Counted from the first letter of the stretch, positions 29,397 to 37,758 are shown. The stretch is 64,000 bases of DNA from Collinsella sp. (GCA_019419585.1 DXZQ01000016.1:318-64317), one strand, 5' to 3'. Numbers and translations: made by a program. Notes: a model not told the origin generated them from the letters alone.

Positions 29397-29473
29397 TGGT
29401 AGCGGTGACTGGATTCGAACCAGTGACGCCACGGGTATGAACCGTGTGCTCTAACCAACTGAGCTACACCGCC
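29397..29473 (-). tRNA. tRNA-Met (anticodon CAT; elongator Met or a lysidine-modified Ile2 cannot be distinguished)
   Basis: GGCGGTGTAGCTCAGTTGGTTAGAGCACACGG-TTCATAC-CCGTG...GGTTCGAATCC...CACCGCTACCA. It lacks the three G:C pairs in the anticodon stem and the 1:72 mismatch of initiators. Confidence 0.85.
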
Positions 29474-29476
29474 GGA

Positions 29477-29552
29477 TGGAGCCTGCAACCAGACTTGAAC
29501 TGGTGACCTCTTCGTTACCAACGAAGTGCTCTACCGACTGAGCTATACAGGC
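29477..29552 (-). tRNA. tRNA-Thr (anticodon GGT)
   Basis: GCCTGTATAGCTCAGTCGGTAGAGCACTTCG-TTGGTAA-CGAAG...GGTTCAAGTCT...CAGGCTCCA. Confidence 0.88.
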
Positions 29553-29562
29553 ACTTGACGGG

Positions 29563-29644
29563 TGGGAGCTATAGGATTCGAACCTATGTAGGCAGAGCCA
29601 ACGGGTTTACAGCCCGTCCCCATTAACCACTCGGGCAAACTCCC
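29563..29644 (-). tRNA. tRNA-Tyr (anticodon GTA, long variable arm)
   Basis: GGGAGTTTGCCCGAGTGGTTAATGGGGACGGG-CTGTAAA-CCCGT-TGGCTCTGCCTACA-TAGGTTCGAATCCTATAGCTCCCA. The terminal CCA is only partly encoded (ACC then C). Confidence 0.85.
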
Positions 29645-29706
29645 AATCGTTCAAGTATCCGCAGGTCCTTTGGTCTTTTGGACCGCCGCCCCCGCGAACG
29701 TAAAAG

Positions 29707-29736
29707 ATAATACGATGCAACCTTGGGGGCTGTCAA
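29707..29736 (-). promoter_or_regulatory. Candidate sigma-70-type promoter of the tRNA-Tyr/Thr/Met(-tuf) unit
   Basis: On the minus strand, TTGACA (29736-29731), N18, TATTAT (29712-29707), ~60 nt upstream of the tRNA-Tyr 5' end. Confidence 0.5.
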
Positions 29737-29950
29737 CGAAAACCTCTAGATACACGGTGCCGGGCGTATCTATATAGCTTTGACCTGCGGTTTTATTGAG
29801 TTTGGATATGAAGAACGGTGGATTTGGGTGTAGTGGTGACGTTTACCAAGGAAACACTTTGGCACGGTGGAGTACGCCTACAGCATTGAACATAGATAAC
29901 GTCTCGCTTGCGCTATTTAATAAGTTGAGATCGGACTTTTCCGGCACGAT

Positions 29951-30060
29951 CGAGCGTGGATTTTCTCCCGTTTGAAATCGAGCGTGGACTTTCTCCCGCT
30001 TTTAGCGCGGCTCTAAGGCCAAAGTGGCAGATTATCCACGCTCGTTCTCCAGGCGGGAGA
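29951..30060. repeat. Cluster A of the GGGAGA-N3-TCCACGCTCG repeat family (two direct copies plus one inverted copy)
   Basis: The copies are cgagcgtggattttctcccg (29951-29970), cgagcgtggactttctcccg (29979-29998) and inverted agattatccacgctcg (30029-30045). The 30-nt block 30031-30060 recurs at 34082-34111. Confidence 0.9.
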
Positions 30061-30075
30061 ACTATAGAGCCGCAA

Positions 30076-30948
30076 CTACTCGGGCCAGGCCAAAGTAGAC
30101 CCATAGAGCGGCTCCCCCTTGGTGCAGGGGTAGCGACTCAAGTAACACGACGATAGCAAGTCGAAGAAATAAGTCATGGCATATTTCGAATAAACGCCGA
30201 GTCGGTCAATTCCGTTTCCCGCATTACCAAGACGATATACACGGTCAAAAGACCTCGATTTGTCATCGTTGCTAAACGCAGTAATTAGAATCTTCCTGCC
30301 CGAACGGCAATCAAGATACTCACGCGCCTGTGACGCAAATAGCCCGGAGACCGATACGAGAATTATCAATGACTGCGAAGCGTCTCCCATGTTTTTCAAT
30401 TCCGCGACGTTAGCCCCAGCAACTATGCGAACTATCTTGCCCGCATAAAACATTTCCTGCTGAAATCGTACGAGATTGGCGCTTACATTATTGGTGCACC
30501 AGATTTCAACGTTTTTATGGCCATCAATTTCGTCGGCAAGGTGCTTAATAGCGATATCGGACACGCCGCTTTCGACCTCAGCGAACATCTCGATCATGCG
30601 AACGTCGAGCTCTGCCCTGTACTCCTCGTAGCCAAATTCCTCCTCTCGATGGCTTAAGTCGCTTGGAAAGACTGATTGAGTAAGTGATTCTTTCAAATCG
30701 CTAAGAGACTGGTAGCCCAATCGATTGCAGAAACGACGAACAGCGGAACGGGTCACGAATGCATCGCGGGTTATTGCGGCAACATTGATTTCGCTCGAAC
30801 GCCTAATGTGAGCGATGAGATATCGAGCGATGGCGGCATCGTTTGACCCAAACTCGCTGTTGATGATGGAGCTAATGCGATTGAGCACATCGAAGTCATT
30901 GATATTCACGTGATCCCTCTTTCCGCTCTCCTCGATATTATGGTTCAT
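30076..30948 (-). CDS. RpiR/MurR-family transcriptional regulator (HTH_6 + SIS domain)
   Basis: 290 aa with an N-terminal HTH (AAIARYLIAHIRRSSEINVAAITRDAFVTRSAVRRFCNRLGYQSLSDLK) and a C-terminal SIS-like half. Divergent from the GH1/PTS genes. Confidence 0.82.
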   Translation of the reverse strand: MNHNIEESGKRDHVNINDFDVLNRISSIINSEFGSNDAAIARYLIAHIRRSSEINVAAITRDAFVTRSAVRRFCNRLGYQSLSDLKESLTQSVFPSDLSHREEEFGYEEYRAELDVRMIEMFAEVESGVSDIAIKHLADEIDGHKNVEIWCTNNVSANLVRFQQEMFYAGKIVRIVAGANVAELKNMGDASQSLIILVSVSGLFASQAREYLDCRSGRKILITAFSNDDKSRSFDRVYRLGNAGNGIDRLGVYSKYAMTYFFDLLSSCYLSRYPCTKGEPLYGSTLAWPE

Positions 30949-31042
30949 TTATTGAATCAAACAGCTTTGGTCGTTCTCCTATGATTCAAATCAGTTGACG
31001 TCATCTTAATCGTAATTCCGTCACACGTATCCACCGTGTTGA

Positions 31043-32479
31043 ATGATGGAAAGGGGATTCATGGGCAACGTGAACAACATGCCGTTTCTCTGGGGTTCCG
31101 CCACGGCGTCTTATCAGTGCGAGGGTGCCTGGAACGAAGACGGCAAAGGCCTCGGCGAGTGGGATTTCTTTAACCACACAAGCAATAAGAACATCAACCA
31201 TGTTGACGGTGATGTATCTTGCGACTTCTACCATCGCTATGAAGAAGATATCCGCATGATGAAAGAAGGCGGACAAAACACCTATCGCTTCTCTCTTTCA
31301 TGGAGTCGAATCATCCCCACGGGTATCGGCGAAGTGAATGAAGAGGGTATCGATTTTTATAATCGAGTCATTGATTGCTGCCTCGAAAATGGCATAGAGC
31401 CCAACGTTACGCTGTTCCATTACGATCTGCCATTCACGCTTGCTTGCAAAGGCGGATGGCTGAACAACGACATGGCAGAGTGGTTCTGCAAATACGCCAA
31501 GATTTGCTTTGAGCGCTTTGGAGACCGCGTCAAAATCTGGGCTACCGTTAACGAGCCGCATTTCTACAGCTACTGCGTAAACATGTTGGGCAACTATCCC
31601 CCCAATCGATCGCTCGACGTTCAGTCGTACATGCAGTTTCAATACAACCTGATGCGCGCAAGCGCACTCGCAGTCCGAGCATATCGTCAAATGGGCTACG
31701 ACGGCATCATCGGCGCCGTCCACGATGGCGGCGTTGTCGAACTCGACCCGGCAACCGAGCACCCTGATGACGTATTTCGATACGCAGACTTTTTCGCCAA
31801 TCGCATGATTCTGGCACCAGCGCTTCAGGGTCAACTGCCGCCAGAAATGGACGAAATCCTTGAAAAACTTGGCGTCTCGCTCTATCGATCCCCAAATGAC
31901 GTAGAAGAATTCAGAGACGGTAAAGTCGATTTTATTGGACTCAACGTGTATTGCCGAGAGTATGTAACCGACTGGCACGGTGGAGAGCTTGCCGTTTCGG
32001 CGAACAATAAGGGCGGTTCGAGCAAAAAAGTCGAAGGAAAATGCATTGCGCCCTTGTTTGAAAGCGCCCGCGACAGCAATGTTCCCCGCAATAAATGGGG
32101 CCGCGAAATACTCCCAAGTTGCATGTATTCAACCATCATGGATGTCCACGAGCGCTATGGCGCGCCCCGCATCTTTATTACGGAAAACGGACATGGCGCC
32201 TATGAGCAACCAGACGCAGACGGAATGATCCACGATGATGACCGCATCGAGCTTCTGGGCCAGTTCATCGAGCACATGATGAGGGCTAAGCGCGACGGCG
32301 CGCGCGTTGAGGGCTACTACCTCTGGTCGACGATGGATCTGTATAGCTGGATCAACGGCTACGAAAAACGATACGGACTTGTCCATATCGACTTCGAGAA
32401 CAATTTAGAGCGCACCCCCAAAAAGAGCTGGTATTGGTACCGAGACCTTATCTCGAAATATCAGGAGCAGGAAGGCTAG
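31043..32479 (+). CDS. GH1 6-phospho-beta-glucosidase
   Basis: FLWGSATASYQCEGAW, YRFSLSWSRIIP, TVNEPH (acid/base Glu) and ITENG (nucleophile Glu) are present. The likely true start is ATG 31061 (AGGGGA RBS). Confidence 0.9.
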   Translation: MMERGFMGNVNNMPFLWGSATASYQCEGAWNEDGKGLGEWDFFNHTSNKNINHVDGDVSCDFYHRYEEDIRMMKEGGQNTYRFSLSWSRIIPTGIGEVNEEGIDFYNRVIDCCLENGIEPNVTLFHYDLPFTLACKGGWLNNDMAEWFCKYAKICFERFGDRVKIWATVNEPHFYSYCVNMLGNYPPNRSLDVQSYMQFQYNLMRASALAVRAYRQMGYDGIIGAVHDGGVVELDPATEHPDDVFRYADFFANRMILAPALQGQLPPEMDEILEKLGVSLYRSPNDVEEFRDGKVDFIGLNVYCREYVTDWHGGELAVSANNKGGSSKKVEGKCIAPLFESARDSNVPRNKWGREILPSCMYSTIMDVHERYGAPRIFITENGHGAYEQPDADGMIHDDDRIELLGQFIEHMMRAKRDGARVEGYYLWSTMDLYSWINGYEKRYGLVHIDFENNLERTPKKSWYWYRDLISKYQEQEG

Positions 32480-32488
32480 GAGAAAGAG

Positions 32489-33889
32489 ATGAAATATCAG
32501 GCAATGTCCGAAACAGTCCTAAAGGCTGTTGGCGGCAAAGAGAACATTACATCGGTAACTCATTGTGCGACGCGCCTTCGCATCGACGCACGAGACACCT
32601 CGATCATCGATCTCCAGCTCGCCAAATCGGCCGACCAGGCGCTCGGAGCAGTAGTCAGCGGTGGCCAGCTTCAGGTGATCATCGGCCCCAACGTCACCGA
32701 GGCTTACAACGACTTCCTCGACTTCGCGGGAATCGAAGTCGGCGGCGGCGCGGTTGCCGACGATGCCCAAACCGCCAAGGATCTTGCAGAGGGCATCAAA
32801 AGCGGCAACACTGCCATGAGCCTGGTTGAGAAATTCGGAAATGTCTCCGCACAGGTATTCATGCCCATCGTCCCAGCGCTCATCGTTGGCGGACTCATTC
32901 TTTCGATCAAGAATCTCCTGGTCAATTATTGTGGATTGAGCACCGATAGCGGAACTGCTCAGGTTCTGCTGGCGATCTTCAGCGCCTCATTTAGCTTCCT
33001 GCCCGTTTACCTAGGCTACCAGCTCGCCGCTGTCATGAAGATGCAGCCTATCATGGGCGCGCTGCTGGGCGCAATCATGATTAGCTCGTCTATTAGCGGT
33101 GCTGAGGGTCTCGACTTTCTTGGCATCCCCATCCCAACGAATGACTACTCGAGCACGGTGGTGCCAATCGTACTGGGCGTTGTGTTCATGTACTTTGTTG
33201 ATCGCGGTCTTCAGAAAATCATCCCGGACGTTACCAAACTGTTCTTGAAGCCGCTACTCACCATGTTTATCGTCGTGCCTGTTGAGCTGATTATCCTCGG
33301 CCCCGCCGGCAGCATGATGGGCTACGCGCTGAGTGATGCCGTCACGTGGCTCATGGATAACGTGGCATTTATCGCTACTCCAATCCTTGCAGCCCTTAAC
33401 CCCTATTTTGTCATGCTCGGTCTTGATAAGGCCTACATCGCAATCGAAGTTACGAGCTTGGCGCAGCTCGGCTGGGCGCCCATCATCTTTGGCTTCATCT
33501 CAAACCTCTGCATTGGCGGCACGAGTCTCGCCTTGGCAACTGCAATGAAAGGCAACAAGGAGAAGAGGGGTATGGTCACCACGGTTGCCGTCACCGCACT
33601 CTGCGGCGTAACTGAGCCCGCGTTCTACGGCTGCCTCATCGAGCGTCCCCGCCTGCTTGTCGGCACGGCAATCGGCGCCCTCTGCGCGGGACTCCCCGCA
33701 GGTATCTTCGTCCTGAAGGAGTATGTTGCGGGAGCATGCCCCGGCCTTCTTTCGGCGCTGATTTTTATCGCTCCCGATGGATCCATGGGCAACTTCGTAC
33801 TGGCGTGCGTTGTCGCCGTCATCGCCATCGTCGTCTCGTTCATCGCTGCACGCGTGATCATCAAGAAGAACCCCAACTATATTGAGTAA
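32489..33889 (+). CDS. PTS EIIBC component, glucose/sucrose/beta-glucoside superfamily (no EIIA domain)
   Basis: 466 aa. The EIIB motif is VLKAVGGKENITSVTHCATRLRI (phospho-Cys), then ~10 TM EIIC with GITEPA-like GVTEPAFYG. GGAGAAAGAG lies upstream. Confidence 0.9.
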   Translation: MKYQAMSETVLKAVGGKENITSVTHCATRLRIDARDTSIIDLQLAKSADQALGAVVSGGQLQVIIGPNVTEAYNDFLDFAGIEVGGGAVADDAQTAKDLAEGIKSGNTAMSLVEKFGNVSAQVFMPIVPALIVGGLILSIKNLLVNYCGLSTDSGTAQVLLAIFSASFSFLPVYLGYQLAAVMKMQPIMGALLGAIMISSSISGAEGLDFLGIPIPTNDYSSTVVPIVLGVVFMYFVDRGLQKIIPDVTKLFLKPLLTMFIVVPVELIILGPAGSMMGYALSDAVTWLMDNVAFIATPILAALNPYFVMLGLDKAYIAIEVTSLAQLGWAPIIFGFISNLCIGGTSLALATAMKGNKEKRGMVTTVAVTALCGVTEPAFYGCLIERPRLLVGTAIGALCAGLPAGIFVLKEYVAGACPGLLSALIFIAPDGSMGNFVLACVVAVIAIVVSFIAARVIIKKNPNYIE

Positions 33890-33988
33890 ATGCCCGCTGT
33901 TTGCATTGGGGACATCCTCGGCAGACCATTAGCAAGAACCCAAGAAGTCCCTTAGGAGCTCGATTAATCCATTCGGATTCCTGAGGCA

Positions 33989-34030
33989 CAAACGACCCCG
34001 ATTCCACAATGAAATCGGGGTCGTTGTTTC
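33989..34030 (+). terminator. Intrinsic terminator after the PTS gene
   Basis: aacgaccccgatt-ccacaatga-aatcggggtcgtt followed by GTTTCT. Confidence 0.7.
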
Positions 34031-34081
34031 TAAAGCCGTCGATAGACAATCGGTGTTTACCTTAGCTCCCTATCCAAGTTA

Positions 34082-34146
34082 ATTATCCACGCTCGTTCTC
34101 CGGTCGGGAGATTTTCTTCTCTCTCGTGTCCAGAAATCCACGCTCG
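34082..34146. repeat. Cluster B of the GGGAGA-N3-TCCACGCTCG family, including the right-hand 30-nt direct repeat
   Basis: attatccacgctcgttctccggtcgggaga (34082-34111) matches 30031-60 at 28/30. A second core, aaatccacgctcg, lies at 34134-34146. Confidence 0.9.
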
Positions 34147-34182
34147 AGCAGGACATCCAGGACCGTACCTGCCCTTGTCTCG

Positions 34183-34307
34183 ATCTGTAACAGCAGGAGA
34201 CCTATTCCGCTTCTACATGTTACAGATCAAGATATTCCTAAAACACCCTAAGTTTCATCTCAATCTGTAACAGTTAGATGCCAAATATCGGTCTTGGTGT
34301 TACAGAT
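34183..34307. repeat. Two tandem ~80-bp units, each with a 10-bp inverted repeat ATCTGTAACA/TGTTACAGAT separated by 25 nt
   Basis: ATCTGTAACA lies at 34183-92 and 34263-72, and TGTTACAGAT at 34218-27 and 34298-307. The left flanks ctcgatctgtaacag and ctcaatctgtaacag are also conserved. Confidence 0.9.
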
Positions 34308-34421
34308 TTAGACAAACTGGAGGACGAGACAAACCAAAAACGGGATGGGCGCTAACCCAATGGCGCACCACCTAAATAGAAACGGGCCCTGTCCCACAAG
34401 GAACAGAGCCCGAAACTCTCA

Positions 34422-34496
34422 TGGAGCCAGTGACAGGAATCGAACCTGCAACCCACTGATTACAAATCAGTTGCGCTACCGTTGCGCCACACTGGC
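34422..34496 (-). tRNA. tRNA-Thr (anticodon TGT)
   Basis: GCCAGTGTGGCGCAACGGTAGCGCAACTGA-TTTGTAA-TCAGT GGGTT GCAGGTTCGATTCCTGT CACTGGC T CCA. The cloverleaf was folded by hand. Confidence 0.85.
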
Positions 34497-34648
34497 ACAC
34501 TTGGCGCTTTCGCGCGAAGCCAATTAAGAATAAAGGAATTGCGGACGAGGCGCAACAGGCCGCGCGGCGTTATATAAATATGCAAAATCCAGCAACAACA
34601 CGTACCAAGCCCGTTCATTTCTGTCAGTTCGCCCTCAATCTTAAAACT

Positions 34649-34710
34649 CTTCGCCAGAACGAATAGTTTTAATTACAATTGGCTATATAAAACTATTCGT
34701 TCTGGCGAAG
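34649..34710. promoter_or_regulatory. 23-bp perfect inverted repeat (candidate operator) ending 9 nt before the HTH-HipA start codon
   Basis: cttcgccagaacgaatagtttta (34649-34671), a 16-nt AT-rich spacer, then taaaactattcgttctggcgaag (34688-34710). Confidence 0.7.
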
Positions 34711-34719
34711 GGTTTCGCG

Positions 34720-36060
34720 ATGTTGACTACAAAGGAAGCAGCCGAACTGCTCGGCATCACCCCGCGCAGGGTGCAGGAGCTCATTAAGAACGGCGCGCTG
34801 ACCGCCCGCAAGGCTTCTGGCGTGTGGCTTATCGACAAAGACAGCGTAGACACGCGACTCCGCTCCGCAACCAAAAGAGGGGGACGGCCTCGTCGCGGGC
34901 ATGGGAAAAGCGAAATCGCATTTACCCTCATGAACCGCACGCACGAAGTGGCCCAGCTGGTCTACAGCAGATCACGGAAAGACTTCACCCACATCGGCGC
35001 CGACGTCGATCGTGCCCACGCCCCTATTGGAGTTTTTGCTCCCAGCAAACCTGTATCGCTCGACTCCTTCCGCATCTGGTGGCGCGGCCGCGGTATCCCG
35101 CTCGCACGCATTGGGCTAGCCTCCCTGCTTGCAGAAGCCGCAGTCGATGTTCCCGATGAACTCGTACAGCGAAATCTTGGCCTCTCCTTATCCGACCAGT
35201 ATTGGATTAGACCCCAAGGCTCCGGTCTCGCGTGGGAAGATATCAATTTCTTCAATAATGCTTTTGACGACGTCTCTCTCAGCATCGCGCCCTTCGCCCC
35301 AGAGGGCAAGGCAGCTGCCGCAAAGCCCGACAACACCTCGGACGGCAATCTTCAAAAGTACTGGACATGCGAGGATGACCGTCGAATACTCCACAAGGCA
35401 GGTGCGCACCTGAACCAGGAACCCTATAACGAGATGGTGGCGACCGCACTTCACCGTCGCATCCTAAACGCTTGCGATTATGTACCCTATTCGCTCGAAG
35501 GCACAGGTACTTCTGCCTTGAGCACATGCAATGTCTTCTTAACTGACGAAGAAGAATATGTCCCTGCGTTCTATGTAAACCAGCATGCAAATGCAGACGA
35601 GCGACTAACCGATTACGAACGGTATGTAGCAAACTGTGAGGAGCTTGGAGCGACAGATATAAAAGACGCCCTTGACCGCATGATCGTATGTGACGACATC
35701 ATTGCCAACTACGATCGTCATTGGCGCAACTTCGGCCTCGTGCGAAACGTCAACTCACTGGTCTGCAGACCAGCCCCCATCTTCGATTCGGGCTCATCAC
35801 TCTGGTGCAACATATCACTAGAGGAGCTTAGGGCGGGAGAGCACAGTTTTACCAGCGCACAATTTCATTCAAGCCCCGCCAAACAAATGTTGCTCGTCGA
35901 GGACATGGGCTGGTTTGACGGCGACAAACTCGAAGGCTTCGTTGACGAGGCAATCGAGATTCTGTCCAGAAACAACGCGCTCACGGCAAGGCTGCCATAT
36001 CTAAAAGAGGCGCTTACATGGCGCCTCCGTAGAATGATCGACATCGCTGAATGGAGTTAG
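34720..36060 (+). CDS. HipA-family Ser/Thr kinase with fused N-terminal excisionase/MerR-type HTH (YjjJ/HipH-like, monocistronic)
   Basis: 446 aa. The HTH is MLTTKEAAELLGITPRRVQELIKNGALTARKASGVWLIDKDSV. The kinase core has IANYDRHWRNFGL (D-x-H-x-x-N catalytic loop) and APIFDSGSSL (Mg-binding Asp). No separate antitoxin ORF is adjacent. Confidence 0.8.
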   Translation: MLTTKEAAELLGITPRRVQELIKNGALTARKASGVWLIDKDSVDTRLRSATKRGGRPRRGHGKSEIAFTLMNRTHEVAQLVYSRSRKDFTHIGADVDRAHAPIGVFAPSKPVSLDSFRIWWRGRGIPLARIGLASLLAEAAVDVPDELVQRNLGLSLSDQYWIRPQGSGLAWEDINFFNNAFDDVSLSIAPFAPEGKAAAAKPDNTSDGNLQKYWTCEDDRRILHKAGAHLNQEPYNEMVATALHRRILNACDYVPYSLEGTGTSALSTCNVFLTDEEEYVPAFYVNQHANADERLTDYERYVANCEELGATDIKDALDRMIVCDDIIANYDRHWRNFGLVRNVNSLVCRPAPIFDSGSSLWCNISLEELRAGEHSFTSAQFHSSPAKQMLLVEDMGWFDGDKLEGFVDEAIEILSRNNALTARLPYLKEALTWRLRRMIDIAEWS

Positions 36061-36087
36061 CGAGACAGCGTCGCGCCGTCAGCTCCC

Positions 36088-36765
36088 CTACCTCCCGCGC
36101 AGGGCCTTGAGTTTGGCCAGCGCCTCGGGGCTCAGGCGGCTGCCCAGAGTCATCTTGATCTGCGGAGCTTCCTCTGCCTCGTGAACGTCGTTATCGATCT
36201 GTTTGATCTCGTCCACCAGCATACGGCTCGAGATGCGCGTGACGCCCTTGCCCATGACGACAGCCTGGATCGTGCCGTCACTCGATACCACGGAGCACGC
36301 GCGGCCTTCCTCGCGTGCCTCGATGCAGAGCTTCTGCACCACGGTATCGGCAGAGACGCCCGTCGGCGAAAACTCGATGCGCACGCCGCGGGCCGGCAGA
36401 TTGGGGCGCTCGCTGGAGATATTGCCCGCGCCGTCAAACACGATTACGGCCTCGTAGCGGCCCTGGGCAAAGGCGGCGACGTCGTTGATGAGGGCGGTGC
36501 GCGCCATATCGTGAACGTCGCTGGAATACGGATCGTCGGAATGGTCGTACACGAGCTTTTCGTAGCGCGGCGTGCAGTGGATCACGTTGTAACCGTCGAC
36601 CACCAGCAGCTCGGGCTTGTTGGAGTGCACCGTCGAGACCGGGTCGGCGATGGCCTGCGCAAACGCATTGCCGCCCACGCCATAGGTCGCGGCCGAAACA
36701 ATCGGCTTGGCCGAGCCCTCGCCAAAGCGCTTGGCCTTGGACTTGGCGCGGTTCTTTTTGGACAT
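36088..36765 (-). CDS. NYN-domain ribonuclease, YacP/Rae1 family
   Basis: 225 aa with LLVVDGYNVIH...AVIVFDGAG...VVSSDGTIQ. It lies directly downstream of rlmB as in Bacillus (yacO-yacP). Confidence 0.82.
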   Translation of the reverse strand: MSKKNRAKSKAKRFGEGSAKPIVSAATYGVGGNAFAQAIADPVSTVHSNKPELLVVDGYNVIHCTPRYEKLVYDHSDDPYSSDVHDMARTALINDVAAFAQGRYEAVIVFDGAGNISSERPNLPARGVRIEFSPTGVSADTVVQKLCIEAREEGRACSVVSSDGTIQAVVMGKGVTRISSRMLVDEIKQIDNDVHEAEEAPQIKMTLGSRLSPEALAKLKALRGR

Positions 36766-36768
36766 GCG

Positions 36769-37683
36769 CTACTCCTCCCCCATGAGCTCGCCGGCGTTGC
36801 GGCGCAGCCACTCAAAGCACAGCGCCGTGGTCGCCTGGGCAACATTGAGGCTCTCGGTCATGCCGCGCTGGGGAAGCTTGGTCAAAAAGTCGCATTTCTC
36901 GAGCACCCGGCGCGAGATGCCGTCGCCCTCGGAGCCCATGACGAGCGCCACGCGGCCCTCGAAGGGAGCATCCCAGCAACTGCCTTCGGCGTGCTCGGAG
37001 GCACCGCCCACCCAAAAGCCAGCGGCCTTAAGATCGTCGAGCGCACGGGCGATGTTGGGCACCTGCGCGATAGGCAGGTGCATGACGGCGCCGGCTGAAG
37101 TCTTGTAGCTGCCCACGGTCACGCCGGCGGCGCGCTTGTTGGCAATGATGACGCCGGCCGCGCCCACAACCTCGGCGGAACGCACGATGGCACCAAAGTT
37201 GCCGTCGTCAGTCACATGGTCGAGCACTACGACAAGTGCCGGGCCCTCACCTGCGCGGTCGAGAATATCGGCGACATCGGCATAGGGGAAGTTGCCAACC
37301 TCGAGCGCAATGCCCTGGTGGGCGCCATGGCTCGACAGCGCATCGAGCTGCGCGCGCGGCACATACTTAATGCGGACACCCGCGGCGTTGAGGTCGTCGA
37401 CCAGGCGCGACAAGGCGGCATCGCGCTCCCCGCCCTCGGCAATGAGCGCGCACTTGATGGGAAAACCAGTGCGTAGCGCCTCGGCGGCAGCACGACGACC
37501 TTCGATAAACTCGCCCTTGGGAGCCTGAACGTTGTCGCGGTTGCGATCGCGCTGCGGACGTGCGGCCTGGGTGCGATCGCGCTGGCCCTTGGGAGCGGCA
37601 GTGCGGTCATTGCGGCGAATCGGACGCGAGCCAGAAGCAGCCTGCTTGCCGCCACGAGGCGCACGCTTGCGATTGTCGGCCAT
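36769..37683 (-). CDS. rlmB: 23S rRNA (guanosine-2'-O)-methyltransferase, SpoU/TrmH family (RlmB)
   Basis: Trimmed to MADNRKRAPRGG... (AGGAGG upstream). It has a basic N-tail, an L30e-like substrate-binding domain and SpoU motifs LDHVTDDGNFGAIVRSAE, VMGSEGDGIS and ESLNVAQA. Confidence 0.88.
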   Translation of the reverse strand: MADNRKRAPRGGKQAASGSRPIRRNDRTAAPKGQRDRTQAARPQRDRNRDNVQAPKGEFIEGRRAAAEALRTGFPIKCALIAEGGERDAALSRLVDDLNAAGVRIKYVPRAQLDALSSHGAHQGIALEVGNFPYADVADILDRAGEGPALVVVLDHVTDDGNFGAIVRSAEVVGAAGVIIANKRAAGVTVGSYKTSAGAVMHLPIAQVPNIARALDDLKAAGFWVGGASEHAEGSCWDAPFEGRVALVMGSEGDGISRRVLEKCDFLTKLPQRGMTESLNVAQATTALCFEWLRRNAGELMGEE

Positions 37684-37699
37684 AAAACGGCCTCCTTTA

Positions 37700-37758
37700 A
37701 AACACTTTTCAAACAAGACAAAAGAATCGACCGCCCATAAATATTAATTCGGGCGGTC
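37700..37758 (-). terminator. Terminator-like hairpin between cysS and rlmB
   Basis: On the minus strand, gaccgccc-N14-gggcggtc is followed by GATTCTTTTGTCTTGTTT, only ~45 nt before the rlmB start. Confidence 0.4.

Noticed and set aside
29397-29473. tRNA-Met(CAT) as the initiator tRNA
   Set aside because: The anticodon stem lacks three consecutive G:C pairs, and positions 1:72 can pair (G-U). An elongator Met or tRNA-Ile2 is more likely.
29951-30060. DnaA-box cluster as a replication origin
   Set aside because: No dnaA/dnaN or AT-rich unwinding element is adjacent. The boxes deviate at position 9. Conservation extends well beyond the 9-mer (GGGAGA...CGCTCG), as expected for a repeat element rather than independent boxes. 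The same unit recurs at 34.1 and 49.9 kb.
34183-34307. CRISPR-like array
   Set aside because: There are only four 10-bp copies, arranged as inverted pairs rather than direct repeats with unique spacers. No cas genes are present in the window.
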